Shown: piece after piece, positions 1 through 9,023 of the stretch | Numbering within the stretch: position 1 is the stretch's first letter | Layout of the letters: each line of letters begins with the position of its first letter | IMG/VR virus record: IMGVR_UViG_3300035454_001750 | Source of the DNA: a virus | Length of the DNA: 64,000 bases | Strand: one strand, 5' to 3' | Program-made: the position numbers and the translations under genes | Notes under the pieces: generated by a model | Seen by the model: only the letters and a program-made list of their open reading frames with translations | What the model was told of the DNA's origin: nothing | Database searches by the model: none

Positions 1-220
1 TACTCAGCCCGGCCAACAATCACCACCTCTTTTTCTTTTCGAAGTACAGTTTGTCCTAACTGGTAGACAAACACATTTTCATATGCAACTTTCATTGCAA
101 ATTCGTAAAACTCTTTAGAAATTGGTGTTTCATCAAACATAGCCTCTATGTTTTTTATAACACTTTCCCTTTTTACAGGGTCACTAATAGTTTTAGCAAA
201 CGCTAACATTTCATCTTTTT

Positions 221-1624
221 TCATAGTTTTTCAATTTTATACTCTTGTTTTTCAGCCCAACTACCATCCACCGGGCATAATTCAGCTCCAATATCCAATG
301 GAACGATAATCCAAGGCCAATGTTTTACCACATCATGTACCATAATACAGCGCATTATTTTAATCACTTTTTCTAATTCTTTTGGGTTAACATCCAGCAC
401 AATAGCATCATGAATTTGCCCTACGATTACAGTATCCATTTTTTCCCTTTCAAGTGCCTGTGTTCCCATTATTAAAGCCCAAAGTAGGCAATGAAATGCT
501 GCCCCCTGTACAGGATAATTTGTAACGTCATTGCGCTTCATAATATCTTGAAAGGTAAACCCTGTGTAGCTTGTTATGTACCCATTTTTTTGGTACTCAT
601 TCCAAATAGAATCTCTCCATTTAGCATGGGTATAATAACGCTCACCCCAAAAATAACCTTCTATTCTTTGTACGTGTTCAACAAACTTTTTATATGATGG
701 TAATTTCTGTTCAATTAAATGGTCGCTCAAATGTTTTCCATCAATTAATTCAATTCCTTGCCCCGGTTTCCACTTACCTGTAATGGGTAATTTTCCCCAG
801 TTTTGAATCAGGTTTTCAGCACAATTTTTATAATAATCCCCGTAAAATTGTGGGAATACAAAGCCATTTTTAGCCGCTTGTCGCAATACGCCATGCCATT
901 TAACAGATTTATCAAATTTCTTTATTTTATATAACTCCATAGCCATATCCCGATGCATATCACCGTGTAAAATATCATTAATTAATGTTTCATCTTTACT
1001 GTAACAGGCGGCTATGCGAACTTCAAGTTGGGAATAATCCAACTCTAACAATTGATGCCCTTTACGTGGGTAAATGGCTTTTCTTATTGTTTGCATTGCT
1101 TCCGTATCCCTTTTCGGTATGTTCTGAAAATTAGGGCTATCACTACTTGAACGAAATGTACGGACGGTATGCAAGTTAAAAAACGGATGTATAATACCAT
1201 CCACAACTTCCCGTTTAAATTGTGCAAGGTATGTGTCTCTCATTTTCTTCAGTTTCTTTATTTCAAGTAAAATGTTCAACTCTGGAATGTTTAACAAGCG
1301 CAATGCCTCATCATCTGTACTACCTTGTCCTGACTTTGTTTCTTTCTTTATTTTTAGTCCTCTTGTTTTGTACAAGTATTTACTCAACTGTGTTGGACTA
1401 TAAATATTAACTGGTTGTGTCTGTGATAATTTCCACTTTTTATAAAAACCGCTTTTTTCAATTTGTTTTTCAAGTTCTACTATTTTTGCAGAAATTTCTT
1501 TTTCTGTCTTTTTGATGTATTTCTCATCCAATCGTAGCCCTTGCATTTCAGCTTTTTGTAAAGCTAAAATGCCATTATGAAGCAATTCATACGCATCACT
1601 TGTATCTATATGGTAATTTATCAT
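221..1624 (-). CDS. polA: DNA polymerase family A, polymerase domain only
   Basis: Motif A (LDYSQLEVR), motif B (RQAAKNGFVFPQFYG), motif C (QIHDAIV), and TFRSSSDSPNFQNIP. No exonuclease domain in this ORF. Confidence 0.95.
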   Translation of the reverse strand: MINYHIDTSDAYELLHNGILALQKAEMQGLRLDEKYIKKTEKEISAKIVELEKQIEKSGFYKKWKLSQTQPVNIYSPTQLSKYLYKTRGLKIKKETKSGQGSTDDEALRLLNIPELNILLEIKKLKKMRDTYLAQFKREVVDGIIHPFFNLHTVRTFRSSSDSPNFQNIPKRDTEAMQTIRKAIYPRKGHQLLELDYSQLEVRIAACYSKDETLINDILHGDMHRDMAMELYKIKKFDKSVKWHGVLRQAAKNGFVFPQFYGDYYKNCAENLIQNWGKLPITGKWKPGQGIELIDGKHLSDHLIEQKLPSYKKFVEHVQRIEGYFWGERYYTHAKWRDSIWNEYQKNGYITSYTGFTFQDIMKRNDVTNYPVQGAAFHCLLWALIMGTQALEREKMDTVIVGQIHDAIVLDVNPKELEKVIKIMRCIMVHDVVKHWPWIIVPLDIGAELCPVDGSWAEKQEYKIEKL

Positions 1625-1625
1625 A

Positions 1626-2855
1626 TTAAAACGGTAAAATATTTCTTACTATTTCTTGTTGTATTAAAGCTAATCTGTATTCAAAAATACTATCCAAAGC
1701 ATTGTACTTTAGGAGTTCTTTTTTCTGTTTTTCGTTTTCTAACAAAAGCCCAGCCTTATTAAAATCATTTGCATTTTCGGCAGATTTCAAATACTTGTCA
1801 ACTGAGCTGCTGTAATCAACAATGCCAAAATTAATGTATGCTTGAAATTTGAGATTTGTAACGCCCTGCCTGTTATCTAACAGATGAGATGCTAACATAC
1901 TGTCCCAATACCAACCTTTAACAGTAGTTTTAAGTATAACTTTGCTCCAGTTATGTTCAAACTTCATATTATGTGCCATTTTTTTAATATGGACATTTTT
2001 TAGAAGTTTTACAAAGGGTTTTCTTTGCTCAGCTTTTCTTGGCATGACAAAAACATATACCTTATCTGGTGAAACGGCCACCGAAGCACTTATTATTTTA
2101 TGCCCTTTTTTGTGTGGTTTTAGCCCGCTGGTTTCATAATCAAAAGCAACTGTACTCAGGTTAGGTATAGTTTCTAAAACGCTTAAATCGTCCTGTAATG
2201 TAATAATTTCAGGTTCTTTATATTTAGGAAAGTCTACCTCCGTCATTTTTACAAACTTTTGTAAGTCCATTTCCCAAATACGCTGCACTCCTTCATTTTT
2301 TTCATATTTCATGACATTTGAAGGATGAAGTGTTGGGCACACCCAGCATTGCAAATCTTGGTCAGGTATTGTAAAACCTCTCCATTTTTGAATGCCATCT
2401 AATGCCCCTTTCCATCTATGCCCTACCACGCTTGTAAGTGCAGATACACCCAACAGAATAATTACTTTTGGTTTGTACTGTTTAATTGCTGCCAGTACAA
2501 TCCGCCTACAACAATCTATTTCATGAGGTGTTTCAGGTCTGTCTTCACCATCACTATTTTTAGGACGACAATTTATTGCATTTAAAGAAATACAATCTTC
2601 GTATAATTCAATATCAAATTTGCTTAACGTTGCTTTCAGCAAACGTCCGTATTTACCGGTAAATGGAATACCTGCTGTGTCATCAGTGTCTCTTGGTCTA
2701 TCCCCAATTATCATAATACCTTTTCTTCCATACCCATGTGCAGCCATTTTAGGTGTAAGAACATCTCGAAATAAACCACAACTATGGCATGATAAAGTTT
2801 TACCTTTCGGACGTTTTTCTGATGCTGTTTCTTGTTTTGTGAAAAACCCGCTCAT
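1626..2855 (-). CDS. Uracil-DNA glycosylase (family 4-like) fused to a PolA-type 3'-5' exonuclease
   Basis: N-terminal CxxC, PFTGKYG, NAINCRP and LHPS (UDG fold). C-terminal ExoI FDYETSGL, ExoII HNMKFE, ExoIII YNALDS. Start MSGFF chosen from the ATGA overlap with the clamp stop. Confidence 0.9.
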   Translation of the reverse strand: MSGFFTKQETASEKRPKGKTLSCHSCGLFRDVLTPKMAAHGYGRKGIMIIGDRPRDTDDTAGIPFTGKYGRLLKATLSKFDIELYEDCISLNAINCRPKNSDGEDRPETPHEIDCCRRIVLAAIKQYKPKVIILLGVSALTSVVGHRWKGALDGIQKWRGFTIPDQDLQCWVCPTLHPSNVMKYEKNEGVQRIWEMDLQKFVKMTEVDFPKYKEPEIITLQDDLSVLETIPNLSTVAFDYETSGLKPHKKGHKIISASVAVSPDKVYVFVMPRKAEQRKPFVKLLKNVHIKKMAHNMKFEHNWSKVILKTTVKGWYWDSMLASHLLDNRQGVTNLKFQAYINFGIVDYSSSVDKYLKSAENANDFNKAGLLLENEKQKKELLKYNALDSIFEYRLALIQQEIVRNILPF

Positions 2856-3889
2856 TCTACTTGTCCTCTTAATGAAGATAAATAAATCCAATTTTCTGTT
2901 TCAAATCGTAACATATTTTTTGCTATTTGACATTTATTCCCACCTTTTAAAATATCTTGTAACAAATAAGGGGTAATTCTAAACATAAAATCATCTCCTT
3001 TATATTTTTTCACCCCAATATTTTCTTTAAACCATGCCGTGTCTGTTTTACATTCAATGGTAAGTACTTTATTTTTTACAGTTACATCGATAATTTCCTC
3101 ATTTGTTTGTTTTGCCTGTACTCTTGTAAACACACTTGCTCTGTCTAATATTTGTGAAGTTTCTTCTGGAAACGTAAATTCAAAAGTTTTTCCCATTTTT
3201 TGGTAAAGTATTGTTTCGATGTCCACGTATGATTCATCAAATGTACGACATGAAATAATAACTTCCTTGTTGTTCTTAAAATGAATCCACCCATTACCTT
3301 CACTTACTTTGTTAGGATTTATTTTAATAACTTCCTTCATGGAAGAGGCAGGAATTAATGTTGTTTTAAATGGTAATTTTTTTGAAAGTGTCCACCTTAC
3401 AATTCTGAAATTGTCTGCGGCCTCAATTTTTCCTGATTTTTCAAAATGAACACACGTTAATTTTGGTGTGGACATATCCTCCGCTGCGCAACTTGCACTA
3501 AATTTAGTAGCCTCAATAAACTTTTCAGGTAAAAGTTTCCAATCCCCTTTTTCTTGTAGTTCCTCCTCCAATGGTAACACTATTTTTTCAGCTAAAGCAA
3601 ATCCAACTTTTGCACGTCCTGATTTCATCACAATTTCAGAATCATTAACAGTTACATCAATTTCTTCGGATGTTACTTTTTTAATAAAGTTAAACATTTC
3701 CTCTGCCTTAATAGCCCCTGTTACCCCTTCTAATTCAAGTGGGTGTATAATGCAAATCTCATCGTTATATGTAACGACGGTATTATTAACAAAAGCAAAA
3801 CTTGTTGTTTGTTCAATAATTTCCTTACTTGCCAATCCTGGTTTTACCAGTGATAAAGCATCTTTTAAAATACTTGATTTAATTTTCAT
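2852..3889 (-). CDS. dnaN: DNA sliding clamp (beta-clamp-like)
   Basis: 345 aa; LTCVHF...EAADNFRI resembles the beta-clamp ATDGHRL region; lies next to the polymerase. Confidence 0.75.
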   Translation of the reverse strand: MKIKSSILKDALSLVKPGLASKEIIEQTTSFAFVNNTVVTYNDEICIIHPLELEGVTGAIKAEEMFNFIKKVTSEEIDVTVNDSEIVMKSGRAKVGFALAEKIVLPLEEELQEKGDWKLLPEKFIEATKFSASCAAEDMSTPKLTCVHFEKSGKIEAADNFRIVRWTLSKKLPFKTTLIPASSMKEVIKINPNKVSEGNGWIHFKNNKEVIISCRTFDESYVDIETILYQKMGKTFEFTFPEETSQILDRASVFTRVQAKQTNEEIIDVTVKNKVLTIECKTDTAWFKENIGVKKYKGDDFMFRITPYLLQDILKGGNKCQIAKNMLRFETENWIYLSSLRGQVE

Positions 3890-3891
3890 AC

Positions 3892-4434
3892 TTATATTTT
3901 ATTTATTTGTTTTTTTAATTCTTCTATTTTAACAAAGTTATATTCTTTGTAATCTGGAAAGTGTATTCTGTCTGTTGGTTTTGTTTTTTCCCTATATGTT
4001 GTCTTCCATAATTCAATAGGAATGTCTGTGTACTTACCAAACCAGTACATATTAGGAATACCGGGACGGTAAAGAACAACTAAAAAGTACATATTATAAA
4101 TTTGAAGCAAATCCCTCATTTTTTTTATTTTATCTTCTTCCTTTTTAAGTTTTTTATAAGATTTTACAATATTTAATCTCGGATAGTCCGCTAACGTTTT
4201 TGTAATATTTCCAATTCCTCTTTCACGAACCCATGGAAAAGCGAGTATTACTTCTTTTTTGTTATTAAGGATAGACAGAACAAGACTTCCTTCTAATTCC
4301 ACTATTTTATGAAGTTCAATTTTAATGCCAGCCTTTTTAAATTCTGGAAAAACGTATTCATGAACTCTTTCTAATAAAAGTTCACTACTTGCTTTTCCTT
4401 TTTGTTTTGTTTCGAATATTATTAGTGGTTTCAT
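3892..4434 (-). CDS. Hypothetical protein
   Basis: Long ORF in operon orientation; start refined to MKPLIIF. Confidence 0.6.
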   Translation of the reverse strand: MKPLIIFETKQKGKASSELLLERVHEYVFPEFKKAGIKIELHKIVELEGSLVLSILNNKKEVILAFPWVRERGIGNITKTLADYPRLNIVKSYKKLKKEEDKIKKMRDLLQIYNMYFLVVLYRPGIPNMYWFGKYTDIPIELWKTTYREKTKPTDRIHFPDYKEYNFVKIEELKKQINKI

Positions 4435-4579
4435 TTTCAATATAATTAAATATTTTATGAATATCAAATTTCTTTTCTATTACATGGTAGTAACTTAAAA
4501 GTCTTTTTTTTAGAAGTAAAACACCTATTTTGTTATTTGTTTCACTACCGGGGGCGGAAGAAGCAAAATAAAATTTCAT
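4385..4579 (-). CDS. Small protein resembling the DpdA N-terminal segment
   Basis: MKFYFAS...LLSYYH versus DpdA MKIYLAG...LHSYYH; ATGA coupling with the upstream small ORF. Confidence 0.65.
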   Translation of the reverse strand: MKFYFASSAPGSETNNKIGVLLLKKRLLSYYHVIEKKFDIHKIFNYIENETTNNIRNKTKRKSK

Positions 4580-4719
4580 TTTGTGTATTTTTTAAAAAGT
4601 TGTTTTCCTCCCCATTTAAAGTTTTTTATGTAAACAAAGGAAAAACTAAATAAAATATTAACTTTGTTTTTATTTAAAATCTTATCCGGGATGACCCCTC
4701 CTGCAATAAATAATTTCAT
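4576..4719 (-). CDS. 47-aa ORF resembling the DpdA N-terminal segment (not in ORF track)
   Basis: Hand translation MKLFIAGGVIPDKILNKNKVNILFSFSFVYIKNFKWGGKQLFKKYTK. TAATG overlap with the dpdA stop and ATGA overlap with the next ORF. Confidence 0.6.
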   Translation of the reverse strand: MKLFIAGGVIPDKILNKNKVNILFSFSFVYIKNFKWGGKQLFKKYTK

Positions 4720-5759
4720 TAAAATAAACTTTTTTGGTGATGTTCTTTTTTAAATTTCCAAGGCCATTTTTTAAAATGTTGTTCTAAATTTATATAATAC
4801 AAAACATTTAATTCATCCCTTAATTGGTATGTATTAGAAACACCTTTTTGAGTAATTACTTCTACTTGTCTCTTTTTATTTTTATCTTTTGGTTTTTTCC
4901 CAACCCATTTTTCATTTTCTTTTAATTGGTATGTTTGTTGTTCCATTTTAAATACAGAGGAACCTAATTCATACCCGTTTTCTTTTAAATATTTTATAAA
5001 TACCTGTTGTTGGTTTGGACTTAACGTATTTAAATGTTGTCCTGCTTCTTTTAATTTAGGACTTTTACTGGAAACAGCTATTTTTAAAGGAGGTCTGGAA
5101 TAAATCCATTTCCCTCCTTTAAAAATTGGAATAAAAATTGAACCAAGGCGTCCCGTAACAACCCAACTGGTACTGTCCACGGAATACCAAGGATACCTGA
5201 ACATTAAAGAAAAACTTGTTAAACCAAATCCATGTACTTTCACTTTAGGGAGACCTTCTTTATCTGTCAAATAATTTGAAAATAAATTGTCCAACCAAAT
5301 AACTAAACTTTTGTTTGAGATAGGAACCATGCCCCCTAAACTAATATATTCATAACCTTCATTAAGGTATTTTTCTAACCATACGTAATCTTCACCGTAA
5401 TGAAAAACAGGTATAGGAGTTAAACCCTGAGCCTCCATTATTTTTTGATTTTTGTATGTTTGTATTGGGTCACCTATAACATCAAGATTAGAATATATTG
5501 TTATTTTTTTATTATTTTCTTTGATAAAGTTGCAATAATCTATTATTTCTATTTTTACATTTTGTGTAAAAGCGGAAAATGCACCTGAATCAAGAAATAA
5601 ATTTATATTACTTTTCATAGACTGTTCGAACCATTTCTTTTCAAAATTATTAATAATATGGTAGTAAGAATGTAATTTATTTGTTTTCCTAAACAAACTT
5701 CTTAAATTTTTTTCCACCAAAGGATCAGAAACAGAAGTGCCTGCCAAGTAAATTTTCAT
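4719..5759 (-). CDS. dpdA: DNA 7-deazaguanine transglycosylase (TGT-fold, DpdA-like)
   Basis: FLDSGAFSA, NLDVIGD, PIPVFH, LGGMV, VHGFG, SVDSTSW; clustered with preQ0 synthesis genes. Confidence 0.9.
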   Translation of the reverse strand: MKIYLAGTSVSDPLVEKNLRSLFRKTNKLHSYYHIINNFEKKWFEQSMKSNINLFLDSGAFSAFTQNVKIEIIDYCNFIKENNKKITIYSNLDVIGDPIQTYKNQKIMEAQGLTPIPVFHYGEDYVWLEKYLNEGYEYISLGGMVPISNKSLVIWLDNLFSNYLTDKEGLPKVKVHGFGLTSFSLMFRYPWYSVDSTSWVVTGRLGSIFIPIFKGGKWIYSRPPLKIAVSSKSPKLKEAGQHLNTLSPNQQQVFIKYLKENGYELGSSVFKMEQQTYQLKENEKWVGKKPKDKNKKRQVEVITQKGVSNTYQLRDELNVLYYINLEQHFKKWPWKFKKEHHQKSLF

Positions 5760-6319
5760 AAGCAATGATTTAAAAATTCCTCACGTACTTCTGTATTAAA
5801 AAATACTCCTTTAAGTTTTGTAGTTACCATTTGTCCTTTCTTTTTCACTCCCCTCATTGTTTTACACAAATGCTCCCCTTTCATCATTAAAGCCATTCCA
5901 AGAGGTTCTGTACCATTGTCACATAAACTTTTCCAAATATCTTCTACAATATCATGTACAAGTCTTTCCTGTACTTGTAATTTAGCACAATGAAAGTCTA
6001 TGACTCTTGCCACTTTAGATAAACCTAAAATATTACCATTTTGAGAAGGAATATACGCAAAAATGTACTCACCAAAAAAAGGAACCATATGATGTTCACA
6101 ATGGCTATGAAAAGTTCCTTTATCTACAATCATTTGGTCATATACAATTCCATCCTTTCCATTTTTGAAAGAAGTTATTTGTGGTTTTTGGGAAAGGTCG
6201 TATCCACGAAAGATTTCTTTCCACATTTTTACAACACGTTTAGGTGTGTCTTGAAGACCTTCCCTTTTTGGATCTTCTCCAATATTTTGTAAAATTTGTT
6301 TAATAAGTTCTTCTTTCAT
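5756..6319 (-). CDS. folE: GTP cyclohydrolase I
   Basis: REGLQDTPKRV, HCEHHMVPF, GLSKVAR, QVQERL, HLCKTMRGV. Confidence 0.97.
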   Translation of the reverse strand: MKEELIKQILQNIGEDPKREGLQDTPKRVVKMWKEIFRGYDLSQKPQITSFKNGKDGIVYDQMIVDKGTFHSHCEHHMVPFFGEYIFAYIPSQNGNILGLSKVARVIDFHCAKLQVQERLVHDIVEDIWKSLCDNGTEPLGMALMMKGEHLCKTMRGVKKKGQMVTTKLKGVFFNTEVREEFLNHCL

Positions 6320-6996
6320 ACTTCGTAATTAATAGGGTCTTTTTTGTTTATTAAGGAAAATGCCTCAAGTCTCTCTACGCAACTTCCACATTTTCCACAT
6401 GAAATTTCCTGATCTTTATAACAGGTACGCGTTAAATGGTAAGGAATTATTGTTTTTAAAGAGTATCCTATTTTAAGGATATCTGCTTTGTTTAATTCCG
6501 TAAAAGGAGTTATAATTTTTACTTTACCTTCTGTGGAATAAAAAAGTGTTTGCTGTAAACTGTTAATAAATTCAGGACGACAATCAGGGTAAATAAAATG
6601 ATCACCTGAATGTACACCGAGTGCTATAGACTGTGCATTTGTAGACTCCGCAATAGCGGCAAGAAAAGATGAAATAATTAAATTTCTTCCCGGCACCACT
6701 GTTAGCTTCATTGTAGGTTCATTATAATGTCCTTCAGGAATATCCCCACCAGACAAAAGCAAATTACTCTTAATTAAATAAAATTGTTCAAATAAGTCTA
6801 TATGGGAAAATGTTACTTTAAAACCACCTCTTAAATAGTACTCAATAATATTTTTTACGGCAACTTGCTCATATTTATTATGCTTACTTCCATAGGTGAA
6901 AGAGATACAATGTACAGAAAAACCTTGCTCGAGTAAAAACCCGAGCAAAGTTGTAGAATCCATTCCACCAGATAAGCCAATTACGACTTTTTCCAT
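6316..6996 (-). CDS. queC: 7-cyano-7-deazaguanine synthase
   Basis: SGGMDST, VPGRN, YPDCRPEF, C-terminal CY...CGKCGSC. Confidence 0.97.
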   Translation of the reverse strand: MEKVVIGLSGGMDSTTLLGFLLEQGFSVHCISFTYGSKHNKYEQVAVKNIIEYYLRGGFKVTFSHIDLFEQFYLIKSNLLLSGGDIPEGHYNEPTMKLTVVPGRNLIISSFLAAIAESTNAQSIALGVHSGDHFIYPDCRPEFINSLQQTLFYSTEGKVKIITPFTELNKADILKIGYSLKTIIPYHLTRTCYKDQEISCGKCGSCVERLEAFSLINKKDPINYEV

Positions 6997-7736
6997 TATT
7001 TTTTCTTTTTTTTGTCTTTTTTTGTTTCTTTTTCTGGTTTTGAAGGGGCGGCACCTTTTTTGACAAAATTTCCATTTTCCAATTTAATGATTTGAAATCT
7101 TTCTTTTGAAATCCTGTTTGGAACCTGGACATTGATCGTGTTTTTCATTGAACTTTCTGCTCTGTCCGGGAACTCTTCTTTCAAATTGTTTAAAATTTGT
7201 TCTTTTGAAATTCCCTTTTTTGGGTCAGCATTTTCAATGTAACTTACAATACAGGCAATTACACCTTTCCCTTTTTCTTTCTTTTCTTTTTTTACTTTCT
7301 CCTTTTTGGGAGCAGCAGGGGCAGGGGCTGGTTTTTTATTTTCCTTTTCCCCTTTTTTTACGGGCGGTGCAGGAGGAGAATCATCATCCTCATCCTCATC
7401 CTCATCTTCGGTTTCTTCCTCATCCTCATCCTCGTCTTCGGTTTCGTCCTCGTCTTCGGTTTCGTCCTCGTCTTCGGTTTCGTCCTCGTCTTCGGTTTCA
7501 TCTTCTGGCAATTCTTCACCATATTTTTCAACGAGCTTCTCAAACAATGCCCGTGACTTTTTGGTGATAGCATCGTCTTCGGAGACTTCAAGCTCAAGGA
7601 ATGTTTTCCACAATTCCTTTTCAAAATCAACATCACTGAGCCCGTCGTAAGCAATAGCCGGGTCAATACCAACCACTTTGTCAAGGTCTTTGTACGCAGC
7701 AGTCATTTCTTTTTTTGTAAACAAACTCTTTGCCAT
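6996..7736 (-). CDS. Protein with acidic repeat, Pro/Lys-rich linker and probable C-terminal winged helix
   Basis: (EDEDET)n tract, PAPA/K-rich segment, helical C-terminal domain; preceded by its own promoter. Confidence 0.75.
   Translation of the reverse strand: MAKSLFTKKEMTAAYKDLDKVVGIDPAIAYDGLSDVDFEKELWKTFLELEVSEDDAITKKSRALFEKLVEKYGEELPEDETEDEDETEDEDETEDEDETEDEDEDEEETEDEDEDEDDDSPPAPPVKKGEKENKKPAPAPAAPKKEKVKKEKKEKGKGVIACIVSYIENADPKKGISKEQILNNLKEEFPDRAESSMKNTINVQVPNRISKERFQIIKLENGNFVKKGAAPSKPEKETKKDKKKKK
7381..7506. repeat. 18-nt tandem coding repeat (TCGTCTTCGGTTTCGTCC on +) encoding EDEDET
   Basis: About four near-perfect units plus degenerate TCATCC units. Confidence 0.9.
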
Positions 7737-7814
7737 TTTAAAAAATTAAATTTGATTAATAAATAAAAATTTGCGGTTTTTTTGTTAAAAACCATTATCA
7801 AAATAACACTATCA

Positions 7815-7845
7815 CAAATATAAACATTTAATTTTAATTTACAAA
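7815..7845 (-). promoter_or_regulatory. Bacteroidota-type housekeeping promoter
   Basis: Minus strand TTTG-N19-TATATTTG matches the -33 TTTG / -7 TAnnTTTG consensus; intergenic, upstream of 6996..7736. Confidence 0.8.
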
Positions 7846-7896
7846 AAATATTAAAACATTTTTTATATTTTTTGAAGTATTTATTTGAGTTAAAAA

Positions 7897-8655
7897 CTAA
7901 ACACCTGTCTTTTTGTCCCATAAATCAATATGAACACGTGGGGAATAACGTACATTGTGTTTAATTGACATTTCTGCACATATTTCTTGTGTTTTCTTTA
8001 ATTGTTCACGTGTTTCCCCCATAGGCATTAACACAATTTGTCTTTTCTGTATTATCTCTGTGTCAAGAAAATCCATTTGAATTTCTTGCCAGTCTTCTTC
8101 ACACTCAATCACAAATTTAAACCAAGAGTTATAAAGCATTGACATATACGAGATAACAAAAGGTTTATGTCTGGCCACTTTTGAGTTCCCACTACTTGCA
8201 AGTTTTGGGGAATTGTTCCAACAAGAAACTATCTCAACTAATTCCATACGTGGTTTTAACACACATTCATTTTCAATTTCAATATAAGGCAAAAACCCAA
8301 ATTTTTCTTTGAACTGTTGAAAGAATGAAATAAGACCTAATTGTTGTTTCAAAGGACTTCCTCCTGTAACAATAAATCTCTGTCCTTCTTTAAGTCTTTT
8401 AATCAAATTAACAGATTCCATTAAAGAAAACAATTCCTCAAAAGTATATGGGTTACCTTGTCTCCATACTTCTTGTGTATCACAATAAACACAATTCAAA
8501 GTACAATTTTGTAAACGTAAAAAGGTAGCAGGCCACCCCACAAAGTTCTCTCCTTGTAAAGTATCACTAAAAAACTCAGAAATTTCCAGATAATTATTAT
8601 GTTCTGGAAATTCTCTTGAGTCGCTTGGAAATGCACTAATCAAAATCAAGCTCAT
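7897..8655 (-). CDS. queE: 7-carboxy-7-deazaguanine synthase (radical SAM)
   Basis: TLQGE, FLRLQNCTLNCVYCDT, VTGGSP, SPKL, PRVHIDLW. Confidence 0.95.
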   Translation of the reverse strand: MSLILISAFPSDSREFPEHNNYLEISEFFSDTLQGENFVGWPATFLRLQNCTLNCVYCDTQEVWRQGNPYTFEELFSLMESVNLIKRLKEGQRFIVTGGSPLKQQLGLISFFQQFKEKFGFLPYIEIENECVLKPRMELVEIVSCWNNSPKLASSGNSKVARHKPFVISYMSMLYNSWFKFVIECEEDWQEIQMDFLDTEIIQKRQIVLMPMGETREQLKKTQEICAEMSIKHNVRYSPRVHIDLWDKKTGV

Positions 8656-9007
8656 AACGTGCTTCTGTTTTAGGTGTTTCTTTTACTGTTACCGCAAAGA
8701 CTTCTTTCAGTCCCATATCATAACGAAATAATTTACACAGACGTTTTGCAATATTTTCAGCAGAAGGATTCATATCAGGCCACACATCATTCAAATGTCT
8801 ATGGTCAAGATAAGAGTCGATGTACTTTTTAATTTTGTCAAGTTCCCTGTAATCTCTCACAAAACCTGCTTCGTTCAGTTCCTCACTTTCCAGTTCCACA
8901 ATGACAACGTAATTATGTCCGTGCATACGAGAACATGGATGTTCTGGTGCCAGACAAGCTAAAACGTGACTGGCACAAAAATCAAATTGTTTTTTAATTG
9001 TGTACAT
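8636..9007 (-). CDS. queD: 6-carboxytetrahydropterin synthase
   Basis: FCASH, CSRMHGHNY, LDHRHLND, PSAENIA, ETPKT. Confidence 0.96.
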   Translation of the reverse strand: MYTIKKQFDFCASHVLACLAPEHPCSRMHGHNYVVIVELESEELNEAGFVRDYRELDKIKKYIDSYLDHRHLNDVWPDMNPSAENIAKRLCKLFRYDMGLKEVFAVTVKETPKTEARYELDFD

Positions 9008-9023
9008 ACTTATTATTTTAAAA

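Noticed and set aside
7148..7684. Alternative-frame ORFs (poly-Ser, RLRFRP, KPKTRT)
   Set aside because: Shadows of the 18-nt coding repeat.
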